A stretch of 64,000 bases of DNA from Actinomycetes bacterium (GTDB lineage Bacteria; Actinomycetota; Actinomycetes; S36-B12): NCBI GenBank assembly GCA_024641635.1, contig JAHECS010000013.1, positions 9,482-73,481 of the forward strand. The letters are read 5' to 3'. The notes under the pieces are model-generated. The model was not told where the DNA came from. It searched no databases and saw nothing but the letters and a program-made list of their open reading frames with translations. The position numbers and the translations under genes were made by a program. Shown piece by piece: positions 10,206 through 20,352 of this stretch (positions within the stretch are counted from its first letter, which is position 1; the number at the start of each line of letters is the position of its first letter).

Positions 10206-11372
10206 TCACGCGTTCGGAGTGATGACGACCTTGAGGCTCTCGGGCGACATGCTCGTGCGCATCGCCAGGTCCGCCTCGTCGAGGCCGAACTCGTGGCTGA
10301 CCATGTCCTCCAGTGGGTAGCGATCCGCATACCGCTCCATCAGCGCGAGCGCGGGCCCGTAGCCCGTCGAGGGGTGGTTCGTTAGTCCGATCAGGCGGAT
10401 GTTCTTGCTGGTGATGTGACGATGCACGTTGATGCTCGCCTCGCCCGTGTCCGTGAAGACGCCCATCTCGAGCATCATCCCGCCGCGCTTGAGCATCTCG
10501 ATTCCCTCGATGAAGGACGACTGGCGGTCGGCCATGTGCAGCACGACGTCGGCACCCCGCCCTCGGGTGAGGGATCGGACGAGGTCGACGCGCTCCTCGG
10601 GCGACGTGGTGGCGGCGTTGATGGTCACGTCGGCGCCCATCTGCTTGGCGAAGGACAGCCGGGTCTCGCTGAGGTCGGTGGCGATGATCTGGCCCGCGCC
10701 CATCATGTCGGCCTTCGCGATGTGCAGGAGCCCGAGAGGTCCTGAGCCGACGACAACGACCGTGTCGCCGGAGTTGAACCCCTCGTGCGACATGGACGAG
10801 AACTCCTTGAGCTTGTCCAGGGACGCCGTGCAGGCCATGAGCTCGGCGAGCACGGCCACGCGTGGGCTCAGGCTGCTCGGCACCTTGTAGACGAACGTGT
10901 CGGGCCGCAGGTACATCTGCTCCGACCACCCGCCGAGCAGGTGCGGCCACTGTGCTGACGTCAGCGAGTTGCCGTAGCACTCGCTGTTCTCGCACCACAC
11001 GTAGCCCATCACGTGGCGGCACTCGTAGCAGTGGCCGCAGACGATGTCGGGGCACATCGTGATGCGGTCACCCACCTTGAGCGGTCGCCCGTAGAACTCA
11101 AGGCCCTCGGCCGCCGACCGGGTTATCTCGGAGACGATGCCCACGTTCTCGTGGCCCTGGATGATGGGGAACGGGGTGTCGCACTCAGCGGGCGTGCCCG
11201 CGTACTGCTTCGTCTCGCCCTGGTAGGTGTGCTTGTCGGTGCCGCAGATGCCCGACATCTCGACCTGCATGAGCAGCGCACCCTCGACGGGCACGGGGCG
11301 CTCGAACTGCTGGACCTCGTACGTCCCCGGACCCGTCAGCACGGCTGCCCGCACGGCGGTGGAGTCCTGCAT
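10206..11372 (-). CDS. Zinc-dependent alcohol dehydrogenase (MDR superfamily)
   Basis: Catalytic Zn motif GICGTDKH..GHE, structural Zn CGHCYEC, and Rossmann VVVVGSGPLG. The start was trimmed from the 640-aa ORF to MQDST. Confidence 0.85.
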   Translation of the reverse strand: MQDSTAVRAAVLTGPGTYEVQQFERPVPVEGALLMQVEMSGICGTDKHTYQGETKQYAGTPAECDTPFPIIQGHENVGIVSEITRSAAEGLEFYGRPLKVGDRITMCPDIVCGHCYECRHVMGYVWCENSECYGNSLTSAQWPHLLGGWSEQMYLRPDTFVYKVPSSLSPRVAVLAELMACTASLDKLKEFSSMSHEGFNSGDTVVVVGSGPLGLLHIAKADMMGAGQIIATDLSETRLSFAKQMGADVTINAATTSPEERVDLVRSLTRGRGADVVLHMADRQSSFIEGIEMLKRGGMMLEMGVFTDTGEASINVHRHITSKNIRLIGLTNHPSTGYGPALALMERYADRYPLEDMVSHEFGLDEADLAMRTSMSPESLKVVITPNA

Positions 11373-11522
11373 TCGATCACGCCCTCTCCCGCATGTCCCC
11401 GCAGCGCCAGTATCGCGCCCTTCGGCAGTCCCCGGTGGGACGAACGACCCTATGACCGCGCTTGCACGGCCCCGTAGCGTCAAGGGGACTGCGCGGCAGA
11501 GGTCGCGCCACGGAGGTGGAAT

Positions 11523-14500
11523 GTGACGTCCTGGCGGTGTCTGGACGGGAACGAGGCGGTGGCGCTGGTGGCGCACCGCCTCAGTGATGTGTGCGCCATC
11601 TACCCGATCACGCCGGCCTCGCCCATGGGCGAGTTCGCGGACGCGTGGAGTGCGGCCGGCCAGCGGAACCTGTGGGGGTCGGTGCCGCACGTGGTGGAGA
11701 TGCAGTCGGAGGCGGGCGCGGCAGGCGCCCTGCACGGCGCCCTGCAGAAGGGCACCCTGGCGACGACCTTCACCGCCTCGCAGGGGCTTCTGCTCATGCT
11801 CCCGAACATGTACAAGATCGCTGGCGAACTCACGCCCGCCGTGCTGCACGTGGCCGCCAGGGCCGTCGCGACGCATGCGCTCTCCATCTTCGGGGACCAC
11901 TCCGACGTGATGGCGGCGCGCGGCACCGGGTGGGCCATGCTCTGCGCCTCGAGTGTGCAGGAGGCACACGACTTCGCGCTGGTCTCGCATGCCGCCACCC
12001 TGCGATCGCGGGTGCCGGTCCTGCACTTCTTCGACGGCTTCCGAACCTCGCACGAGGTGGACAAGATCGCCCTTCTCGAGGACGACGACCTCAGGGCCCT
12101 CGTGCGCGAGGACGACGTCCTCGCACATCGTGGCCGTGGCCTCAGTCCCGAGCGGCCCGTGCTCCGTGGCAGTGCCCAGAACCCCGATGTCTTCTTCCAG
12201 GCCCGCGAGGCCGCCAACGGCTTCTATGACGCTGCCCCGGGCACCGTCCAGGCCGTCATGGACGAGCTCGCGGAACGCACGGGCCGTGCCTACTCACTCG
12301 TCGACTATCACGGCGCCCCGGACGCCGAGCGGGTCGTGGTCCTCATGGGTTCCGGTGCCGGGGCGGTTCGCGAGGCCGTGGATGCGCTGAACGCCGCCGG
12401 GGAGCGGGTCGGCATGTTGACCGTCCGCCTGTACCGGCCGTTCCCGTCCGACGCCCTTCTCGCGGCCCTGCCGAAGTCCGCGTCGCGCATTGCGGTCCTC
12501 GACCGGGTCAAGGAGCCGGGGGCGCCGGCTGAGCCGCTGCACCTCGATGTCAGTCTCGCCCTGCAGCAGGCGGGCCGAGCGGGCGTCATGATCGGTGGGC
12601 GTTACGGACTCGGCTCGAAGGAGTTCACCCCGCGCGACGCCGCCGCCGTCTTCGCGGAACTGGCCACTGAGCAGCCGCGTCGCGAGTTCACCGTCGGCAT
12701 CGTGGACGACGTGACCGGCCTGTCGCTGGCACCGGTGGACGTCCCCCCGGCCTCGGCGCCGGCTCACAGCGCTGTCTTCTTCGGGCTTGGCAGCGACGGC
12801 ACGGTCGGCGCGAACAAGTCGAGCATCAAGATCATCGGCGAGAACACCGACCTGTGGGCCCAGGGCTACTTCGTCTACGACTCGAAGAAGTCGGGGTCCG
12901 TCACGGTGTCCCACCTGCGCTTCGGTGCGGAGCCGATCCACTCGACGTACCTCATCGAATCCGCCGACTTCGTTGCGTGCCACCAGTTCGGGCTGCTCGA
13001 GCGCATGGCGGTGCTCGAGATGGCCCGCGACGGCGCGACGGTCCTGATCAACGCTCCCTACCCTGCCGACGAGGTCTGGGGCCACCTTCCAGAGGAGGTC
13101 CAGCGGATCATCATCGATCGGAAGCTGGAGGTGTGGACCGTGGACGCCGGACGCGTTGCCCGCGAGGTGGGCCTCGGGTCTCGTATCAACACCGTCATGC
13201 AGCCGTGCTTCTTCGCTCTCTCCGGCGTCCTGGAGGAGGCGACGGCCATCGGCCTCATCAAGGAGTCGATCGAGAAGTCATACGGACGCCGCGGTCGCAC
13301 CGTCGTCGAGCGGAATCACGCCGCCGTCGACCGGGCACTCGCGGAGATGCACCGCATGGTGGTCCCCGCCGCGGTGACCGCGACACAGCGCCGCTTGCCC
13401 CCGGTGGCGCCCAGTGCCCCTGACTTCGTCCAGCGCGTCACCGCGCGGATGCTCGCCGGCGAGGGCGACCTCCTGCCGGTCAGCGCATTGCCCGTGGACG
13501 GGACGTTCCCCACGGGTACCGCGCGCTGGGAGAAGCGTGGCCTCGCCGACGCGATCCCCGTGTGGGATCCGGACCTGTGCATCGACTGCGGCAAGTGCGC
13601 GATCGTGTGCCCGCACGCGGCGATCCGGATGAAGGCGTATCCGGAGTCGGACCTGGAGGGGGCGCCCGAGGGCTTCAAGAGCAAGGTCTATGGCGGCCGG
13701 GAACTGCCGGTCGGTACGCGGCTCACGATCCAGGTCGCCCCGGACGACTGCACCGGCTGCGGCATCTGCGTCGACGTGTGCCCCGCCAAGAGCAAGACGG
13801 AGGTCAAGCACAAGTCCATCGACCTCCTGCCCGCCATGGACCACCGGGATGACGAGCGCGCGAGGTTCGACTACTTCATCGACATCCCCGAGATCGACCG
13901 GAGCGTGGTCCGGCACGACACGGTCAAGGGCTCGCAGCTCCTGCAGCCGCTCTTCGAGTTCTCCGGCGCGTGCTCGGGGTGCGGGGAGACGCCCTACCTG
14001 AAGCTGCTGACCCAGCAGTTCGGCGATCGCATGGTGGTCGCCAACGCGACAGGATGCTCATCCATCTACGGAGGCAACCTGCCGACCACGCCGTGGTCGG
14101 CTGACGCGGCCGGCCGTGGCCCCGCGTGGAACAACTCGCTCTTCGAGGACAACGCGGAGTTCGGGCTCGGCCTGCGTCTGGGCGCCAACGCCCAGCGGGA
14201 CGACGCCCGGCGCCTCCTGGGGGAGCTCGCACACGTCGTGGGGGAGGACCTGGCACGGGACCTGCTCGAGGACGAGCCGGGCCCCGCGGACGAAGCCGGC
14301 ATCGCCCTCCAGCGGGACCAGGTCGCCGTCCTCCGGGAGCGACTGGCGACGGTGGAAGGGGATGCCGCCCGGCAGCTCGAGAGCCTCGCCGAGGCATTGG
14401 TCCCCGTGGCGGTCTGGATCGTCGGCGGCGACGGCTGGGCGTACGACATCGGCTTCGGCGGCCTTGACCATGTCCTCTCCAGCGGTCGCAACGTCAACAT

Positions 14501-15134
14501 CCTCGTGCTGGACACCGAGGTCTACTCGAACACCGGCGGCCAGGCGTCGAAGTCGACGCCCCGTGCCGCCACGGCGAAGTTCGCCAGTGATGGGAAGGGG
14601 ACGAGGAAGAAGGACCTCGGCCTGCTCGCCCAGGCGTATGGCGATGTCTACGTCGCCCAGATCGCAGTGGGGGCCAACGAGACCCAGACCGTGCGGGCGC
14701 TGCGCGAGGCGGTCGCCCACGACGGGCCCAGCCTCGTGATCGCCTACTCGACGTGCATCGCGCACGGGATCGACATGGCCACCTCGATGACCCACCAGAA
14801 GCAGGCCGTCGCGTCGGGATACTGGCCCCTGTACCGGTACCACCCGAGCCCCGAGCAGGGCACCCATCCGTTCAGCCTGGACTCGAAGGCTCCCACGGTC
14901 CCACTGCACGCGTTCCTCGAGCAGGAGACCCGCTTCGCCGTCCTCGAGCGCTCGGACCCGGAGCGGGCCGAGCACCTGCAGGCCCTCGCCCAGGCCGACG
15001 TGGACGAGAGGTGGCACTACTACGAGCAGCTCGCCGGCGTCGAACGCAGCATCCCGGTGGACGAGCACGAGCTCGATCGCCATCCGGTGACCGAGGAGGA
15101 CTCGGACATCGCCAGCGTGGCAGGGGAGTCCTGA
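11523..15134 (+). CDS. nifJ: Pyruvate:ferredoxin (flavodoxin) oxidoreductase, single-polypeptide type
   Basis: 1203 aa. Two 4Fe-4S motifs (CIDCGKCAIVCP, CTGCGICVDVCP) and the TPP motif GGDGWAYDIGFGGLDH. GTG start. Confidence 0.95.
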   Translation: MTSWRCLDGNEAVALVAHRLSDVCAIYPITPASPMGEFADAWSAAGQRNLWGSVPHVVEMQSEAGAAGALHGALQKGTLATTFTASQGLLLMLPNMYKIAGELTPAVLHVAARAVATHALSIFGDHSDVMAARGTGWAMLCASSVQEAHDFALVSHAATLRSRVPVLHFFDGFRTSHEVDKIALLEDDDLRALVREDDVLAHRGRGLSPERPVLRGSAQNPDVFFQAREAANGFYDAAPGTVQAVMDELAERTGRAYSLVDYHGAPDAERVVVLMGSGAGAVREAVDALNAAGERVGMLTVRLYRPFPSDALLAALPKSASRIAVLDRVKEPGAPAEPLHLDVSLALQQAGRAGVMIGGRYGLGSKEFTPRDAAAVFAELATEQPRREFTVGIVDDVTGLSLAPVDVPPASAPAHSAVFFGLGSDGTVGANKSSIKIIGENTDLWAQGYFVYDSKKSGSVTVSHLRFGAEPIHSTYLIESADFVACHQFGLLERMAVLEMARDGATVLINAPYPADEVWGHLPEEVQRIIIDRKLEVWTVDAGRVAREVGLGSRINTVMQPCFFALSGVLEEATAIGLIKESIEKSYGRRGRTVVERNHAAVDRALAEMHRMVVPAAVTATQRRLPPVAPSAPDFVQRVTARMLAGEGDLLPVSALPVDGTFPTGTARWEKRGLADAIPVWDPDLCIDCGKCAIVCPHAAIRMKAYPESDLEGAPEGFKSKVYGGRELPVGTRLTIQVAPDDCTGCGICVDVCPAKSKTEVKHKSIDLLPAMDHRDDERARFDYFIDIPEIDRSVVRHDTVKGSQLLQPLFEFSGACSGCGETPYLKLLTQQFGDRMVVANATGCSSIYGGNLPTTPWSADAAGRGPAWNNSLFEDNAEFGLGLRLGANAQRDDARRLLGELAHVVGEDLARDLLEDEPGPADEAGIALQRDQVAVLRERLATVEGDAARQLESLAEALVPVAVWIVGGDGWAYDIGFGGLDHVLSSGRNVNILVLDTEVYSNTGGQASKSTPRAATAKFASDGKGTRKKDLGLLAQAYGDVYVAQIAVGANETQTVRALREAVAHDGPSLVIAYSTCIAHGIDMATSMTHQKQAVASGYWPLYRYHPSPEQGTHPFSLDSKAPTVPLHAFLEQETRFAVLERSDPERAEHLQALAQADVDERWHYYEQLAGVERSIPVDEHELDRHPVTEEDSDIASVAGES

Positions 15135-16129
15135 TGAATCTGGAATCGACGTACCTGGGGCTTCCGCTGAGGTCCCCGCTGGTCGCATCGCCGTCTCCCG
15201 CCACGGGTCGCCTCGACTCGCTGGTGGAGCTCGAGGCCGCGGGCGTCGGGGCGGTGGTCCTCCCGAGCCTGTTCGAGGAGGAGGTTGAGGCGGAGGCCAT
15301 CACCTTCCTCGAGCGGATGGAGGCCGGCTCGGGCGTCTTCGGCGAGGCCACCGACTACTTCCCCGACGTGGACCTCGATCACCTCGGGCTCGAACGGCAC
15401 ATCCTGCTCGTCGAGGAGGCCGCGACGCGGCTGTCCGTGCCGGTGATCGCCAGCGTGAACGGCCGCTCCGCCGGGGGCTGGGTGCGGTATGCGCGGGACC
15501 TCGTGGCCGCGGGTGCGCGGGCCATCGAACTCAACATGTACGACGTCGCTGTCGACGCCGAGGCCTCCGGAGCCGACGTCGAGCGGGCCTACCTCGACCT
15601 CGTGAGTGCGGTGCGGGCGGCCGTCGATGTCCCGGTGGCCGTGAAGCTGTCGCCGTACTTCTCCTCGTTCGCGCACTACGCGCCCCAGGTGGTCGAAGCC
15701 GGGGCCGACGGGCTCGTGCTGTTCAACCGCTTCTACCAGCCGGACCTGGACCTGGAGACGCTGGACGTCACGCCGAGGCTGGAGCTGTCGCGCCCAGGGG
15801 AGCTGCGGCTGCCGCTGCGCTGGATCGCCATCCTTCGTCCCCGACTGCCCGACACCTCGCTCGCCCTCACCTCCGGCGTGGCATCCGGCGCCGACATCGC
15901 CAAGGGCCTGCTGGCCGGTGCGGACGTGGTCATGACCGCCTCGGAGGTGCTCCGGCAGGGCCCCGGTCGGGCCGCCGCCATGCTCGAGGAGCTCGTCCAG
16001 TGGATGTCCTCCCACGACTACGAGTCGGTGGACCAGCTCCGGGGCAGTGTCGCGCAGCACGCGGCGGAGAATCCCGGCGCCTACGAGCGCGCCCAGTACC
16101 AGCGCGTGCTCTCCTCCTGGCGACGATGA
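15134..16129 (+). CDS. Dihydroorotate dehydrogenase-like flavoprotein (PFOR-associated)
   Basis: TGATG overlap with the PFOR stop. DHOD class-1-like TIM-barrel pattern (..VIASVNG..IELNMY..LVLFNRF..TSGV..). Confidence 0.8.
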   Translation: MNLESTYLGLPLRSPLVASPSPATGRLDSLVELEAAGVGAVVLPSLFEEEVEAEAITFLERMEAGSGVFGEATDYFPDVDLDHLGLERHILLVEEAATRLSVPVIASVNGRSAGGWVRYARDLVAAGARAIELNMYDVAVDAEASGADVERAYLDLVSAVRAAVDVPVAVKLSPYFSSFAHYAPQVVEAGADGLVLFNRFYQPDLDLETLDVTPRLELSRPGELRLPLRWIAILRPRLPDTSLALTSGVASGADIAKGLLAGADVVMTASEVLRQGPGRAAAMLEELVQWMSSHDYESVDQLRGSVAQHAAENPGAYERAQYQRVLSSWRR

Positions 16130-16141
16130 CACAATCAGGTC

Positions 16142-17185
16142 ATGTCGATACCTGACCAGTACCTGCCCGATGCCGGCCGCTACGACGGACGGATGCCCTA
16201 CCGGCGGTGCGGACGCAGTGGCCTGATGCTGCCGGCCGTCTCCCTCGGCTTCTGGCACAACTTCGGGGACGACAAGCCCATCGAGAACCAGCGGGCGATC
16301 ATGCGCAGGGCCTTCGATCTGGGCATCACGCACTTCGACCTGGCGAACAACTACGGACCGCCCTACGGCACGGCCGAGGTGAATGCCGGGCGCATCCTCC
16401 GCGAGGACTTCGCGGGCCTCCGCGATGAGCTGGTGATCTCGAGCAAGGCCGGCTGGGACATGTGGCCGGGGCCCTACGGGGACCTGGGATCCCGCAAGTA
16501 CCTGCTGGCGAGCCTGGACCAGAGCCTCGATCGGCTCGGACTCGAGTACGTCGACATCTTCTACCACCACCGTCCGGATCCGGACACCCCGCTGGAGGAG
16601 TCCATGGGCGCCCTGCACACGGCGGTCCAGCAGGGGAAGGCCCTGTACGCCGGCATCTCGTCCTACTCGCCGAGCCGCACGTTGGAGGCGGCCCGCATCC
16701 TGGGCGAGATGGGCACGCCGCTCCTCATCCACCAGCCGTCCTACTCGATGTTCAACCGATGGATCGAGTCCGGTCTCCTCGACGCCTTGCAGGAGGTGGG
16801 CGCGGGGGCGATCACCTTCAGTCCGCTGGCCCAGGGCCTTCTCACCAACCGCTACCTCGACGGTGTTCCGGCCGGATCCCGGGCATCGGAGGACAAGTCC
16901 CTGTCCCCGAGTCACCTGTCCGACGAGAACATCGACAGGATCCGGGGACTCGCGGCCATCGCCGATGAACGGGGTCAGTCGCTGGCCCAGATGGCCGTCG
17001 CGTGGACCCTGCGGGACGGCCGGGTGACGACGACGCTGCTGGGCGCGAGCAGCCCGGCACAGCTGGAGGAGACTGTCGCGGCGGTGACCAGGCTCGACTT
17101 CACGGACGACGAGCTCGCGGCCATCGACGAGTTCGCCGTGGACGGCGACATCAACCTCTGGGCCGCGCAGTCGGAGATCCCGTGA
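16142..17185 (+). CDS. Aldo/keto reductase (YghZ/L-glyceraldehyde-3-phosphate reductase-like)
   Basis: AKR motifs GITHFDLANNYGPPYG, ISSKAG, and VDIFYHHRPD. Confidence 0.85.
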   Translation: MSIPDQYLPDAGRYDGRMPYRRCGRSGLMLPAVSLGFWHNFGDDKPIENQRAIMRRAFDLGITHFDLANNYGPPYGTAEVNAGRILREDFAGLRDELVISSKAGWDMWPGPYGDLGSRKYLLASLDQSLDRLGLEYVDIFYHHRPDPDTPLEESMGALHTAVQQGKALYAGISSYSPSRTLEAARILGEMGTPLLIHQPSYSMFNRWIESGLLDALQEVGAGAITFSPLAQGLLTNRYLDGVPAGSRASEDKSLSPSHLSDENIDRIRGLAAIADERGQSLAQMAVAWTLRDGRVTTTLLGASSPAQLEETVAAVTRLDFTDDELAAIDEFAVDGDINLWAAQSEIP

Positions 17186-17808
17186 GCCGCCGGCTGGCCG
17201 CATGGGCGGCCCTGGCCGTGCTGGGAGTCGCCAGCCTCGCCGCCTGTGGATCCGACTCCGACTCGGCGGCGCCGTCCGCGTCCGCCTCCGCATCCCCCTC
17301 CGCGACCCCGACCCCGGCTCCCGTCCTGTGGGCCGGGGACGTCTGCGTCGAGCGCGACAACCTCGGTGCGGCCGTGGCTGCCCTCGGCCGCAACCTGTCG
17401 TACGACATCAGCTCGGACCGGTCCGCACTCGAGCAGATCGACCGGCAGCTCCGGATCCAGGTGCTTGCCGTCGGCGATGCGGCCAACGGCCTCGTGACGA
17501 CGCTCCAGGAGGTGCCGGTCGACTTCCAGCAGGCGAACGACACCGTGGTTGCCGTCACGAAGGCCAAGGATGACGCGCAGGAGGCGGTCGACGAGGTGAC
17601 TGCCCGGCTCGATGCGATGGTCAGTGCCGACAACGTCCTGACAGGTGCGGCCGAGGCGGGCAAGGCGCTCGTCGCGGCCAAGGCGGCCTTCGAGGCCGGA
17701 CAGGCCCTCGTGTCGGCAGTGGGGGATTCGGTGTCCTCCGCCAACGAGGACGTGCGGGCAGCGTTCGACGCGGCGCCACAGTGCCAGGAGCAGTCCAGTA
17801 CCTCTTGA
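17182..17808 (+). CDS. Ala-rich lipoprotein, unknown function
   Basis: GTGA overlap with the upstream stop. Signal peptide plus lipobox (LGVASLAAC), an S/A/P linker, then a helical Ala-rich body. Confidence 0.55.
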   Translation: MSRRLAAWAALAVLGVASLAACGSDSDSAAPSASASASPSATPTPAPVLWAGDVCVERDNLGAAVAALGRNLSYDISSDRSALEQIDRQLRIQVLAVGDAANGLVTTLQEVPVDFQQANDTVVAVTKAKDDAQEAVDEVTARLDAMVSADNVLTGAAEAGKALVAAKAAFEAGQALVSAVGDSVSSANEDVRAAFDAAPQCQEQSSTS

Positions 17809-17836
17809 CCCTCACGCAGCGTCAGGTCCTACCGTC

Positions 17837-18604
17837 GTGGCTGTGGAGAGCGATTGCACGGTGAGCGAGCTGGCCCGGCGTAGTGGGGTGACAGTTCGAA
17901 CGCTGCACCACTATGACGAGATCGGTCTCGTGGTCCCTTCCCGTCGGTCGGCGTCCGGGTATCGGCTCTACTCGGGGGCGGACACCGAGCGTCTGGGCCA
18001 CGTCCTCGCCTACCGAGCCTGCGGGCTGGCACTTCCCGAGATCGCCATTCTCCTCGAGGAGGACTCCGGTGATCGCGCCCGGCACCTGCGGAGGCAGCTG
18101 GAGCTCATGGATAGCCGTGTCACGGCATTGGAACGACAGCGCGCGGTGCTGGTGAGGGCATTGGAGGCATGGCAGATGGGCATCCATCTCGATCCTGAGG
18201 AGGTTCTGACGGTGTTCGGGGACGATGATCCCGCGCAGTACGCCGAGGAGGCGGAAGCGCGGTGGGGTGATACGGACGCGTACCGGGAGTCGCGCCGTAG
18301 GAGCGGCGACTACACCAAGGCGGACTGGGAACGCATGAGGGCCGAGCAGGAGGCGACGGAGGCGGCGTTCGCGGACCTCATGAGCGAGGGCATCGCCCCG
18401 GACGACGTCCGGGCGATGGCTCTGGCCGAGAGGCACCGGTCGCACATCGACACGTGGTTCTACCCCTGCACGCACGACATGCAGGTCGGGCTGGCCGGGA
18501 TGTACGTGGCCGATCCGCGGTTCGCCGCCCACTACGACGACCGCAGGCCCGGGCTCGCCCAGTACGTCCATGACGCGATCGTGGCCAACGCCACGGCTCA
18601 CTAG
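17837..18604 (+). CDS. MerR-family regulator with TipAS-like C-terminal domain
   Basis: MerR HTH VSELARRSGVTVRTLHHYDEIGLV. The C-terminus resembles the TipAS/Mta antibiotic-recognition domain. GTG starts are possible at 17837 or 17843. Confidence 0.8.
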   Translation: MAVESDCTVSELARRSGVTVRTLHHYDEIGLVVPSRRSASGYRLYSGADTERLGHVLAYRACGLALPEIAILLEEDSGDRARHLRRQLELMDSRVTALERQRAVLVRALEAWQMGIHLDPEEVLTVFGDDDPAQYAEEAEARWGDTDAYRESRRRSGDYTKADWERMRAEQEATEAAFADLMSEGIAPDDVRAMALAERHRSHIDTWFYPCTHDMQVGLAGMYVADPRFAAHYDDRRPGLAQYVHDAIVANATAH

Positions 18605-18613
18605 GGTCGGTCT

Positions 18614-19207
18614 ATGACCGGCGTCGTGGTGGGGACGGACGGACGGCCCCGCTGCCCGTGGGCGGATTCGACGGCCGACTACCGCGCCTACCACGACGAC
18701 GAGTGGGGCCGGGCGGTCCACGGAGAGGTGGCCCTCTACGAGCGCCTCACGCTTGAGGCGTTCCAGTCCGGCCTGTCCTGGCTCACCATTCTGCGCAAGC
18801 GGGAGTCCTTCCGCGCGGCGTTCGAGGGCTTCGACCCGAGCGTCGTCGCCGCCTTTGGACCGAAGCAGGTGGCCCGTCTGATGTCGGATGCCGGCATCGT
18901 CCGGAACCGGCGGAAGATCGACGCCACAATCCAGAATGCCCGGGCGCTGCTGGCCCTGCATGACGACGGGGAATCCCTGGACGACCTGCTGTGGTCCTTC
19001 GCGCCTCCGGCGCGAGCGCGGCCGGCGTCACTGGCCGACGTGCCCGCCACGACGCCTGAGTCGACCGCCCTGAGCGCGCGGCTCAAGGCGCACGGTTTCG
19101 TCTTCGTCGGCCCCACCACGATGTACGCCGCCATGCAGGCCTGCGGTCTGGTGGACGACCATCTCGTCGACTGCCACGTGGAGTCGACGAGCCTCGGCTC
19201 GGCCTAG
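18614..19207 (+). CDS. tag: DNA-3-methyladenine glycosylase I
   Basis: CPWA..YHDDEWG..LFE-like..LEAFQSGLSWLTILRKRE.. Confidence 0.9.
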   Translation: MTGVVVGTDGRPRCPWADSTADYRAYHDDEWGRAVHGEVALYERLTLEAFQSGLSWLTILRKRESFRAAFEGFDPSVVAAFGPKQVARLMSDAGIVRNRRKIDATIQNARALLALHDDGESLDDLLWSFAPPARARPASLADVPATTPESTALSARLKAHGFVFVGPTTMYAAMQACGLVDDHLVDCHVESTSLGSA

Positions 19208-20334
19208 GCGGTCACCGGCTCGGTGGCGGCGTCGCTGGGTGGCCCGGGGTCGGGGAAAGGATGCTCGGGGTCGCGTCCGGTCAGGTACTTGGCGACCTTG
19301 TAGACGGCACCGGCGATCGGCACCGCGATGAGTGCCCCCACGATCCCCATGGCGATCCCGCCCGCGGCGATCGCGAAGACGATGGCCAGCGGGTGGAGGC
19401 TGACCGCCTTGCCCATGACGAGCGGCTGGAGGACGTCGCCGTCGAAGGAGCCCACCACGACCGTGAGCGCGACCACGAGCACGGCGACGAGAGGTCCTTT
19501 CTCGGCCAGTGCGACGACAGCGGCGAAGAAGGTCGCGATGGGCGCGCCGATGACCGGGATGAAGGCACCGAGGAAGACGAGCGCGGAGAGCGCGGGGGCC
19601 AGGGGTACCCCAAGGATGGTCAGGCCGATGAAGACGAGCAGCGCATCCGCGAAGGCGACGATGACGATCCCCCGCGTGTACCCGGAGATGGCATCCCAGG
19701 ACATTCGCCCGGACACGTCCACCGGGGTCTGGAGTCGCTGCGGCATCCAGCTGATCAGCCACCCCCAGATCGTCGTGGGGGAGAGCAGGAAGAAGACCAC
19801 ACCGTAGAAGAAGACCGAGGCCGCGATGATGAGCGTGCCGATGGAGCCGAGGGCGCCGACGACGTCGCCCACGAGTCCGCCGGCCACCGACTTCGCGAGG
19901 TTCTCCGCCTGGGTGATGAGGTCGTTGATGGCGGAGTCCGTCATCTGCAGCGGGCCGGTCTTGAGCCAGTCCTCGATCTGGGTGAACCCGCCGGTGATGG
20001 AGGAGATCAGCTTCGGACCCTCCCCGATCGACGACCGGACGACGCTGCCCACGATCACGACGACGGCCGCCCCGATGACGAGCAGCGCGATGATCATGGA
20101 CAGCACCTTGGGCAGCACGCGGTTGAGGAGGTTCATCAGCGGCTGCGTCCACGCCGTCATGAGGAGAGCGAAGAAGAGCGCGAAGACGACCGGGAAGATG
20201 ATGTTGAGGAGGTAGCCGGCGACGGCCACGCCGGCCAGGACGACGAGCAGACGCCAGGTGATCCCTGCAGTGATGCGAAGCGTCCCGGGGACGCCGATCG
20301 CGGATTCCGGACCTGAGGGTGCCTCGCCGCTCAT
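19204..20334 (-). CDS. AI-2E family transporter (PerM/UPF0118)
   Basis: Polytopic membrane protein with the typical C-terminal ..PLAIVFAIAAGG..GALIAVPIAG.. pattern. Its stop shares CTAG with the tag stop. Confidence 0.8.
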   Translation of the reverse strand: MSGEAPSGPESAIGVPGTLRITAGITWRLLVVLAGVAVAGYLLNIIFPVVFALFFALLMTAWTQPLMNLLNRVLPKVLSMIIALLVIGAAVVVIVGSVVRSSIGEGPKLISSITGGFTQIEDWLKTGPLQMTDSAINDLITQAENLAKSVAGGLVGDVVGALGSIGTLIIAASVFFYGVVFFLLSPTTIWGWLISWMPQRLQTPVDVSGRMSWDAISGYTRGIVIVAFADALLVFIGLTILGVPLAPALSALVFLGAFIPVIGAPIATFFAAVVALAEKGPLVAVLVVALTVVVGSFDGDVLQPLVMGKAVSLHPLAIVFAIAAGGIAMGIVGALIAVPIAGAVYKVAKYLTGRDPEHPFPDPGPPSDAATEPVTA

Positions 20335-20352
20335 GGGGCCGAGGCTAGCCGC

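Noticed and set aside
11523-15134. nifJ-type PFOR as an indicator of nitrogen fixation or strict anaerobiosis.
   Set aside because: The window contains no nif, hydrogenase or ferredoxin genes. PFOR alone does not support that inference.
15020-17293. Very long antisense or alternative-frame ORFs. Examples are 15020-17293(-) 757 aa, 3677-5539(-), 31948-34056(-), 25505-27031(-), 51993-53744(+), 55556-57469(-), 29198-30925(-), 46542-48188(-) and 7784-9010(+).
   Set aside because: These are typical high-GC artefacts. They lie opposite or out of frame to genes with clear family motifs. Their translations are Arg/Gly/Pro/Asp/His-rich low-complexity sequence with no motifs. Their third-position GC pattern fits the other frame.
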